64,000 nucleotides of DNA from NCBI GenBank assembly GCA_965263295.1, contig OZ253665.1, positions 1,984,001-2,048,000 of the forward strand, given 5' to 3'. This document shows positions 9,415-17,325 of this stretch, one piece after another. The notes beneath the pieces are model-generated. The model worked only from the letters and a program-made list of their open reading frames with translations, was not told the origin of the DNA and ran no database searches. The first letter of the stretch is position 1, and each line of letters opens with the position of its first letter. The DNA is from Spirochaetia bacterium. Its GTDB lineage: Bacteria > Spirochaetota > Spirochaetia > SP-2023. Both the position numbers and the translations under genes were made by a program.

Positions 9415-11673
9415 CTAGAAGCATTCCAGCCCAAAGATGGCCACGGGCATGTGGGGAGGCGGTTCAAACTCAATGATCAAAGTGTCGGTTGTAACTGCGC
9501 ACGGGACTTGATTTCGCCCCTGATAGTTGTTGTGGCATTCATGCACTAAATTCTTTTGCCCATTGAGCAGGGCAAAAACCTTGTATTTGCGCACGCACAA
9601 TGGGGCAATTCTATCGTGATGCCGCATCTGCACTGATTCGAGGGCAAAATCGTAATCGACATCGAAAAATAATAACAATGCGGTCAATTTTTTGGCATTG
9701 TCCCAGTGGAGGGTTAGGCTGGGCTTGAGGTCGGTGATTGCCGCGACCCAAAGGTTGCTGCGAATAAATGGGCGTCGGTAGCCATTTTGCAGGTATTCTT
9801 TTTTGTAAACTGCCGCACACGGAGAAAAACGCAGTGCAAGGTTCTTGGCTTCTTGGGCTGGGCGGCGTGCCGGTGTCCAGAACTCAAAGGCATCCACGCC
9901 GATGTCCGGCGGAGGATTCTGGCTGGCAGATCTGGCTACTTTTTTATTGTAACAGTTGTGTAGGGTCAGAATTCCGGGCAGCAGGCCCTCGCTGAGCTGT
10001 ACGGAAACGTGCGGATTTTCTTGCAAAGAGAAGAGTACATATTGAGCTTCGCCGAGTGTTGCCATCGGTTGGCAGTACAATTCTTGCTGCCCTTCTTTCA
10101 GTGCAAAATGGAAACTTTCGAGCGTGATTTCGGGGGTGTAATTGCCGGCTTTACTCGCCGTGCGTAGCTCCACGGTCAGCGCGGAAGTCTGGGAAGCCAC
10201 TACGGTAAAAGAAAACTCGGGCAGTCGCCCCGGCTCAAGAGGGACGAGGAGAGCTGCGGAGTAATTTAGAGGCAGCCAGTCTTCACTGCCCTGAAATCCC
10301 TCGAAAATATACGTGCTGCTGACGCTGAGATCGGCTTGCAGGGCCTTATCCACGGCAGGGTCATGCGATGGCACATCGGGAATGAACTGACCGCCGCGCA
10401 GCAGATATTGCTGCAGCTCACCAATCCTCTCGGTTTGCGCAATATCTCGCGGCAAGAGCCCATTGCGTTTGCATAGCACGGAGGCCGCGCCCACGGCTTG
10501 GGCGTTGCTGGCACAGGTGAGCATTACGCGCGTGCTGCCAAAGGCCGCGCGCGTAGTTGAGATCAAACGTCCAGCCGTGAAGAGGTTCGGGACGTTTTTG
10601 CTATACATGGTGCGATACGGTATCTGATAGACACCTTTGGTGTGCCACTGATAGCACGGGGCATATTCTTCACTGTAGGCGCCTGCAGCTGGGTGATGGT
10701 CAAGTGACCACCCGCCAAATGACACGGCATCGAAATGTCGCCGTTGGCGGACTAAATCTTCTTGGCACAGTAGGTAGTCGCCGATAATACGGCGGCTTTC
10801 GCGTTTGCCGGGAATCAGTCCCACCCACTCTAGCGTCAGGTTCTCCGCTTCGGGGTAATTACCTGAGTTTTTGATGTAGTCCCACACGCCATAAATTATG
10901 CGCCATAATTCAAACTTAATCATTTCAGATTCGTGGATCGTATCATATTGCCCACCCCATTCAATCCACCAATAATTGCAGCCTGTGGATTCAACGTCGA
11001 CATGGTGCAGGCGTTTCAGCTTGCCAATGTCTTTGAGTGAATTTTCAGGGGCGATGTAGCGCACGGGTTGCTGCAGTTTTTTGGTGTAAAAGAATATGGA
11101 ATGCCCTAGCAGTTCCCCAAAGCTTTCGGGATATTGCAAAAGGTCTTTGTCGTCGTCACTGCGCCCGAACAAGTACTCGGCACCAGAAAGGTAGGCGAGT
11201 ATTCCGTCGCCGCTCGCATCGCAGAACAAAGGGGCCATCAGTTCATAGCGTGTCTCATTGATGGGGTTAAGAGCTTGTATTGAGCGGATTTTGGGACCGT
11301 CCAGTTCGCAGTCATGCATGAGAGTGTTTAAAAACAAGGAAATGTTTTTTTCGCTGCGCACTTTGTCCAGCAATACTTGATCCAGCAATACCGGGTTGCC
11401 TTCGGGGTTGCGGTAGCGGTTTTCACACAGCAGTTCGTCGATAACCCCGCCTTCGCGCGACCAGCGATTGTTGTTTCCCATATGGGAGCTTGCACCCAGG
11501 GCCCAGAGGCGCACCTCGCTGGATGCATTGCCGCCGAGTACAGGACGGTCCTGAACTAAGGCCACACGGTTGCCGCCGCGGGCGGCCGTGATACTGGCGC
11601 ACACTCCGGCCAGGCCGCCCCCCACTACGATGAGGTCATAGGAATCCCTGATCAATCTGGTCGCTCTTTTCAT
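9415..11673 (-). CDS. FAD-dependent oxidoreductase (FAD_oxidored/PF12831-like) with C-terminal extension
   Basis: DLIVVGGGLAG Rossmann motif, LGGNASSE, DASGDG, KRESRRIIGDY, YQIPYR, AGRLIS, STRVM. Confidence 0.88.
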   Translation of the reverse strand: MKRATRLIRDSYDLIVVGGGLAGVCASITAARGGNRVALVQDRPVLGGNASSEVRLWALGASSHMGNNNRWSREGGVIDELLCENRYRNPEGNPVLLDQVLLDKVRSEKNISLFLNTLMHDCELDGPKIRSIQALNPINETRYELMAPLFCDASGDGILAYLSGAEYLFGRSDDDKDLLQYPESFGELLGHSIFFYTKKLQQPVRYIAPENSLKDIGKLKRLHHVDVESTGCNYWWIEWGGQYDTIHESEMIKFELWRIIYGVWDYIKNSGNYPEAENLTLEWVGLIPGKRESRRIIGDYLLCQEDLVRQRRHFDAVSFGGWSLDHHPAAGAYSEEYAPCYQWHTKGVYQIPYRTMYSKNVPNLFTAGRLISTTRAAFGSTRVMLTCASNAQAVGAASVLCKRNGLLPRDIAQTERIGELQQYLLRGGQFIPDVPSHDPAVDKALQADLSVSSTYIFEGFQGSEDWLPLNYSAALLVPLEPGRLPEFSFTVVASQTSALTVELRTASKAGNYTPEITLESFHFALKEGQQELYCQPMATLGEAQYVLFSLQENPHVSVQLSEGLLPGILTLHNCYNKKVARSASQNPPPDIGVDAFEFWTPARRPAQEAKNLALRFSPCAAVYKKEYLQNGYRRPFIRSNLWVAAITDLKPSLTLHWDNAKKLTALLLFFDVDYDFALESVQMRHHDRIAPLCVRKYKVFALLNGQKNLVHECHNNYQGRNQVPCAVTTDTLIIEFEPPPHMPVAIFGLECF

Positions 11674-11700
11674 GGATTTCCTTCCAATTCTAATCCAATT

Positions 11701-12666
11701 CTATTTCCACTGGGTGTGCCAGAATTGTGCGGCCTCTTCCAGCATTCTGGCAAACGAATATTGAGCTTTGTAGCTCAGGATTTTCTTTGCCTTTTGATTG
11801 GAAGTTTTATAATGAAGCGCGTACGGCATTTTGATGCGGACGACTTCCAGACCTGTGATTTCCGCCATTTGTTCTAAAGCCTGGCCAAAATTTACGGGTT
11901 CGTCAAAGCCGATGTTGAAAGTTTCGCCAATTGCGTCGGGGTGGAAGAGGGCGGCCTCCAGTCCGGCGACGGTGTCGCGCACATCGCTGATATGCATCTG
12001 GTAGGGGCGGCCATCTGGGCAGCATTGTAAAATGTGCTGTAACTTTCCGCGCTCATATGGCAAGAGTTCTTCAACCATTGCGGTATTGCCCAATTGTTGC
12101 ATCTGCCTGATTTTCGCTTGTAAAAAGAAGCGCGGTCCAGAGAAGAAGCTATTGGGATTTAGCAGCTCTTCTGCCGCCTGGGTGTGGGGAAGGCGCAGAA
12201 TGACGGTGTTCAAACCGCGCCGCTGCCGAAAGAAACGCAACAATTCTTCGCCCATTTTTTTGGTTTCGCCATAGACTGAGGTCGGCTCACAGGGGTGCTG
12301 TTCATCTATCGGTAGGTACTGGGGGGCCCCTTCAGGATAAACTTCTCCAGTGCTGGCAAAGACAAAACGTGAAATTCCGGCCTGGGCGCAAAGCTCCAGC
12401 AGCTCAAAGGTCATTTGTACATTCTGGCGCAAGAGCTCCGCGTGATCTCTTGGGTTCCAAGACATAAAAGCTCCGAGATGGGCCACTGTGTCTACGCCAG
12501 AGAGCGCTGCCGCCGGTAATGTCTCGCCGATGAAATACTGGACCCCGCCAAGTTGCTCCTTGGGCGGCAAAATGTCATAGCCGCAGACCTGGTGGTTTTG
12601 AGCCACTAGGGAGTGAAGTAGAGCCGTTCCGACCCGTCCCGATATACCGGTAATTAAAATTTTCAT
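11701..12666 (-). CDS. NAD-dependent epimerase/dehydratase (extended SDR)
   Basis: ITGISGRVG, FVFAST, YGETK (YxxxK), DVRD, FNIG. Confidence 0.9.
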   Translation of the reverse strand: MKILITGISGRVGTALLHSLVAQNHQVCGYDILPPKEQLGGVQYFIGETLPAAALSGVDTVAHLGAFMSWNPRDHAELLRQNVQMTFELLELCAQAGISRFVFASTGEVYPEGAPQYLPIDEQHPCEPTSVYGETKKMGEELLRFFRQRRGLNTVILRLPHTQAAEELLNPNSFFSGPRFFLQAKIRQMQQLGNTAMVEELLPYERGKLQHILQCCPDGRPYQMHISDVRDTVAGLEAALFHPDAIGETFNIGFDEPVNFGQALEQMAEITGLEVVRIKMPYALHYKTSNQKAKKILSYKAQYSFARMLEEAAQFWHTQWK

Positions 12667-12673
12667 AATAAAT

Positions 12674-13519
12674 TTATTTTCCTGATCCAGCAGTCAGTCC
12701 TGAAATAAAATATTTTTGCATTGTGACCATCACGAGCAGAATAGGTGCGGCAGAAAGCAGGGATACCGCCATGACTTGGTTCCAGGGAGTAATAAATTCG
12801 CCTTTGAAACTGGAAATGCCTAGGGAGATTGTCCAGGCATTGCGCGTGGAGGCCAGAAAAATCTTGGAGAAAATATAGTCGTTCCAGGAGAGAACAAAGC
12901 TGTACAATCCCGTAGCGGCGAGGCCGGGGACGGCCAGGGGCGTAATGATATGGATAAGTGAATACAGGCGCGAGCCGCCGTCCATCCACACGGACTCTTC
13001 TATTTCGCGTGGAATGGTGTCGAAGTAGCCCTTGAGCATCCAGACGACGAAAGGCAAGACAATGGCGCAGTGTGATAATACGACAGCCACAACCTTGCCG
13101 CCGGTCGAGAACGTCAGTCCCAAGTCGCGAAACATAATGAACAAAGGGATGGAAAGCAGGGTGGCCGGCAGCATTTGGCTCACGAGCATCAGCAGGCCCA
13201 GCGCCCTGGTCTCACGATATTGATAGCGCGAAAGACTATAGGCTCCGGGAATGCCGACTAAGAGCGTCAAGATAATTACAATTGCCGCGATAAACAAAGA
13301 ATTGCCCAGCCACTTGGCTATGCCCGTCTGGATGAATATCTGGACGAAGTTTACCCAATTGAATTCTGAGGGAAAAAACTGCGGCGGAAACTGACGTAGG
13401 GCATACGGCTGCTGCAGAGAGGTATTCAGTACCCAATAAATGGGAAAGTTCACCAGCAAAACCAGTAGAAAGGCAATCAGCCACTGCCGTTTCTTGGATA
13501 AGCTCTTTTGAGACCGCAC
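12674..13519 (-). CDS. Carbohydrate ABC transporter permease (MalG-like)
   Basis: Six TM segments; EAA loop IPREIEESVWMDG; SWNDY. Confidence 0.93.
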   Translation of the reverse strand: MRSQKSLSKKRQWLIAFLLVLLVNFPIYWVLNTSLQQPYALRQFPPQFFPSEFNWVNFVQIFIQTGIAKWLGNSLFIAAIVIILTLLVGIPGAYSLSRYQYRETRALGLLMLVSQMLPATLLSIPLFIMFRDLGLTFSTGGKVVAVVLSHCAIVLPFVVWMLKGYFDTIPREIEESVWMDGGSRLYSLIHIITPLAVPGLAATGLYSFVLSWNDYIFSKIFLASTRNAWTISLGISSFKGEFITPWNQVMAVSLLSAAPILLVMVTMQKYFISGLTAGSGK

Positions 13520-14385
13520 TACAGTTGTCCTTCTTTTTTGCGCAGGCCAATGACAAAGTAAGAGAGCGCCAGGCAGATCAATAGGGTGAATACGCCCATG
13601 CTGGCACCATAGCTCATGTTGAATGACTCAAATGCCTGTTGATAGGTCGCTAGCGCGAGGGTTCGCGTGTGGCCGAATGGGCCCCCGCCAGTAAGCAAAT
13701 AGACGATGGGATAATCGCGGAAAATCCACAGTGCGGACAATAAGCCGCTGACTGTGACTACCGGCCTGAGGAGCGGCAGGGTGATGCTCCAGAATTGGCG
13801 CCAAGGAGAAACTCCTTCAATATCTGCCGCTTCATAGATATCTTCGGGAATGGATTGTAAGCCTGCCAAGCTCATGATGGTGATGAATGGGTAGCCCTTC
13901 CATACCAAGACTAAAATGACCATGGCCATTGCTCCGAGAGTATCTTGGTTCCAGACGACCGGTTGACTCAGAATTCCCATGCGCACCAGCAGCCAGTTTA
14001 TCAAACCAAAAGAGCCGTCAAAGAGCCAACCCCAGACTACGGCAGCTGTCACAGAAGGAATGGCCCAAGGCAAGATGGCCAGAATGCGCAGGAGTTTGAA
14101 AGAGTTGACCAAGACGGCGCTGCCTACACCTAAGCTCAGACTCAACAACGATGCCATCACGACGATGATGCCCGTGTTGCCTAAGGAAGTATAAAACTCC
14201 TTGCTGCTAAACATCTTTTGGTAATTTGCCAGCGTCTGTATGGCGAAGGGCACGCCCCCTTGTGGAATGCGCACTTCCTGAAAGCTTAAAAAAATTGCAG
14301 ACAGGAGTGGATAGATTAGTACCAGTACGGAAAACAATACTACGGGCAATAGAAATAGGTGGGCCTGGGCGCGATGGCTTAGCAT
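13519..14385 (-). CDS. Carbohydrate ABC transporter permease (MalF-like)
   Basis: EAA loop LAGLQSIPEDIYEAADIEG; LTGGGP; GGAGG RBS before MLSHR. Confidence 0.93.
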   Translation of the reverse strand: MLSHRAQAHLFLLPVVLFSVLVLIYPLLSAIFLSFQEVRIPQGGVPFAIQTLANYQKMFSSKEFYTSLGNTGIIVVMASLLSLSLGVGSAVLVNSFKLLRILAILPWAIPSVTAAVVWGWLFDGSFGLINWLLVRMGILSQPVVWNQDTLGAMAMVILVLVWKGYPFITIMSLAGLQSIPEDIYEAADIEGVSPWRQFWSITLPLLRPVVTVSGLLSALWIFRDYPIVYLLTGGGPFGHTRTLALATYQQAFESFNMSYGASMGVFTLLICLALSYFVIGLRKKEGQL

Positions 14386-14431
14386 TGAAGATTCCTCCAA
14401 AGATTCCCCGAAGTTTCCTGCTTGCCGCTCG

Positions 14432-15712
14432 CTAGCGTCCGGACTGCAAGGCCAGGACTTTGTCTTGCAGTTCGGCGGCCACCTCTGCCGGGTCCCGGTC
14501 CTCTTGCACCATGCGTTCCATTTCATCTTGCACTATGCGGCCAAAGTCGTTGTATACGAGCTCTAACCCTAGAGGCAGCCGGTCTACTTTTGCTTGGGTC
14601 GCCTGGTTCATCGCTGCGAATATTAAGTCTAGATCTGGGACATTCTGTTTTGCTTCTGCGGGGATACTGACTCCGGGCCGGGGCGAAGTCTGGCCACTCG
14701 CAATGTATTTTTCCTGCCACGGCTCGGATACAGCCAGGTTGATAAAATCCCATACGAGGTCTTTTTTCTCCTGCGAAATACTGGCCGGCATCGCCAGCCC
14801 GTTGCTGCTGCCACCCACAGGAGGACTAAAAGGCGAAAGAGCTAATTTGATTTCAGGCAAGACATCCGGAGCCGCATTGCGTGAAACGCCCCACATCCAA
14901 GGGCCTTCAATCAACATGGCAATTTTCCCTTCGTTGAAGAGCTGGCGAATGTCATTGATTTTGCTGCCACGCGGGGTCAATTTTTCCTGTAGCAATGCCT
15001 TCCATTGACCAAAGGCATTGATCATCGCCGGCGTATTGATGCTGGGCTTGCCATTTTCATCTGTCCAGCGGGCTCCAGAGGCCAATACAAAGTTGAGCAG
15101 CCCGGTCAGATACTGGCCTGGGCCGGGAGCCGTCTGGAACCCCACGCCGTATTGGTCCGTGATGCCGTCGGCATCTTTGTCCACGGTCAGGGCTTTAGCT
15201 GCGGCGTAGTATTCGTCCCATCCTTGGGGAGGGGCGGAAATACCTGCTGCTTGCAGCAATTGCTGGTTGTAATACAAGTTAAAGCCAAAGTAAAGCAGCA
15301 TTAGGCCGTAGTTGTTGCCATCTTTGCGCAGCACGCTTTGCCCGGCCCACTTGTCGATGGGTAGATTCGCCTCGCTGATATATGAATCCAGATTTTCCAG
15401 AAAACCTTGCTCCATAAATATCGGAAACTCAAATGAAGCCAGCTGAACAATGTCGGGCGGAGAACCCGCGGCAAATTGTGAGAGCAGAGTCTCGGAGTAG
15501 CTGTCTCGGGCTAAATCTGTGACGCTGATGTCCACAGCTTCGTGGTTCTCCTCATATTCCTGGATAAGCCCACCCCACCACTCGACTAAGTCACCGTCAA
15601 TGAGTTGCCAGGTGGTGAAACTTAGCTGCGTGGTTTCCGCTTCGCTTTTACAGGCAAGGGCAAGCGTTAAAATAAGCGCTAATACTAAGTATTTATAAGA
15701 TGTTCTGGCCAT
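14432..15712 (-). CDS. Sugar ABC transporter substrate-binding lipoprotein
   Basis: Lipobox LALAC; AGSPPDIV, LYYNQQLL, FNEGKIAM..GPW. Confidence 0.92.
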   Translation of the reverse strand: MARTSYKYLVLALILTLALACKSEAETTQLSFTTWQLIDGDLVEWWGGLIQEYEENHEAVDISVTDLARDSYSETLLSQFAAGSPPDIVQLASFEFPIFMEQGFLENLDSYISEANLPIDKWAGQSVLRKDGNNYGLMLLYFGFNLYYNQQLLQAAGISAPPQGWDEYYAAAKALTVDKDADGITDQYGVGFQTAPGPGQYLTGLLNFVLASGARWTDENGKPSINTPAMINAFGQWKALLQEKLTPRGSKINDIRQLFNEGKIAMLIEGPWMWGVSRNAAPDVLPEIKLALSPFSPPVGGSSNGLAMPASISQEKKDLVWDFINLAVSEPWQEKYIASGQTSPRPGVSIPAEAKQNVPDLDLIFAAMNQATQAKVDRLPLGLELVYNDFGRIVQDEMERMVQEDRDPAEVAAELQDKVLALQSGR

Positions 15713-15760
15713 GCTGCCTCCGTTTTCAAGCTAGAATTCCAAAGTGCTATAATAGTGCTG

Positions 15761-15789
15761 ATTATAAATCATGTCTCAAGGCTTGTCAA
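15761..15789 (-). promoter_or_regulatory. Perfect-consensus sigma70 promoter of the sugar operon
   Basis: Minus strand reads TTGACA-agccttgagacatgatt(17)-TATAAT, about 50 bp upstream of the SBP start. Confidence 0.85.
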
Positions 15790-16212
15790 GGAAAACTTGA
15801 GCGGCGTCGATGGCAAGCAATAATTGGAGCTTTTTAGTTTCGGGTATAAATTCCTCCGTTACTTTTTCTGGGGGCGTACTGCCTCAAACTACGGAATATG
15901 GCGGGGCAGGATTCTACCACTCGGCCGCCGGCATTGCCGCAAATAAAAGGCCAATTCTTGCAAGGATTTTGGCGGGAAGCTGTTGGAAACCTTGCAGGCG
16001 AAACTAAAATATTTATAATATTTACATTGCTTTGCCTGCGTGGCGACGTCTCCAATTCCCTTGGAATTTGCTTTGAATCTAATTTGAATCCACTGGGCAA
16101 ATTCCAGAGGTTTATTTTTCCGCTGCCTAGGCGTCAATGAATTTATCCCTGTTTGCTTACCGTGCAACTTGCTCTGCGCTGGCAGGAATACCGGCGAGGC
16201 TCCCGTAAGACA

Positions 16213-16563
16213 ATGTATTATTTGGTCATAAAATATCTGTGCACCGCGGCTGTCGTGGTGCTGGTTTCCGAGCTGGCCAAACGCAGCGACCGGCTCGGCG
16301 CATTCGTTGCCGCATTGCCTATAGTGACAATTCTATCCCTGGTCTGGATGCACATAGAAGCCCAGCCGACTGAGAAATTATCTAAGCATATGTTTTATAC
16401 TTTCTGGTATGTAGTCCCCACATTGCCAATGTTTCTAATTTTCCCGCACCTGTATCCACGTTTTTCGTTTTGGCTAGCACTTGTCGCTTGCATCTTGCTT
16501 TCGATCATTTGTTTTCTTTTATTTGCGCATTGCGCTAAATTTTTCGGGGTAAAGTTAATCTAG
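16213..16563 (+). CDS. DUF3147-family membrane protein
   Basis: MYYLVIKYL..AAVVVLVSELAKRS..LGAFVAALP...FWYVVPTLPMF. Confidence 0.85.
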   Translation: MYYLVIKYLCTAAVVVLVSELAKRSDRLGAFVAALPIVTILSLVWMHIEAQPTEKLSKHMFYTFWYVVPTLPMFLIFPHLYPRFSFWLALVACILLSIICFLLFAHCAKFFGVKLI

Positions 16564-16568
16564 ATAAT

Positions 16569-17205
16569 GGCCGAGTAACCACGAAATACACTAAAAAAGT
16601 ACGAAACAACACGAAAAATTCTAAAATTCTAAAGAGCCCATCCGCCTGGACGCCCTTCCTGGCTGCCGTCCCCTTTTTTTACTTTTTCCCTGTCACCCGC
16701 AGCTCCCCGTCGTGCCTCCCGCGGCTCCCCCTGTCTAACTTTCGTGCCCTTTCGCCACCTTTCGTGTACTTTCGTGGTTCCCTTTCAAAGTTCCCCGTCG
16801 TGCCACCCGCGGCTCCCCCGTCTAAATTTCGTGCCCTTTCGCCGTCTTCGTGCACTTTCGTGGTTACTCTTTCGCCACCTTTCGTGCCTTTCGTGGTTCC
16901 GGGCCAAGTAACCACGAAATACACTAAAAAGTACGAACGACACGAAAAACCCTAAAACACCGCGCCTACTCCCTGGACGCCCCCCGCGCCTCACGTCGTC
17001 CATCCGGCCCCTTTTTTTCTGTCACCCACAGCCCCCCAGCCTAGATTTCGTGCCCTTTCGCTGTCTTCGTGCCCTTTCGTGGTTCCCTTTAAAGTTTCCC
17101 TGTCACCCGCGGCTCCCCATCGTGCCACCCGCGGCTTCCCTGCCTAAATTTCGTGACTTTTCGCCACCTTTCGTGCAATTCGTGGTCCCCCTTTCGTGGT
17201 CCCCC
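16569..17205. repeat. Composite non-coding repeat: two ~330-bp units of inverted 10-bp-periodic arrays
   Basis: Left ends GTAACCACGAAATACACTAAAAA(A)GTACGAA..ACACGAAAAA at 16575 and 16908. At least five right-end arrays TTCGTGcc-TTTCGcc-TTCGTG-TTCGTGGT. About six copies of a CCCGCGGCTCCCC-like spacer. Confidence 0.9.
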
Positions 17206-17325
17206 AAAAACCAAAAAAGCGAGCAACCTTAAAGGTTACTCGCTTGCGCGGCTCGTCATATCACCGGCAGGAATTCATTCCAGCTGGCATGCGCTCAAGC
17301 TTAAAGCCAAGTCCAAGAGTAAATA

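Noticed and set aside
16569..17205. CRISPR array, or the short ORFs 16679..16924, 16764..16955, 16785..17003, 17050..17232
   Set aside because: Repeats are degenerate, in both orientations, without unique equal-length spacers, and no cas genes are present. The ORFs are translations of the repeats.
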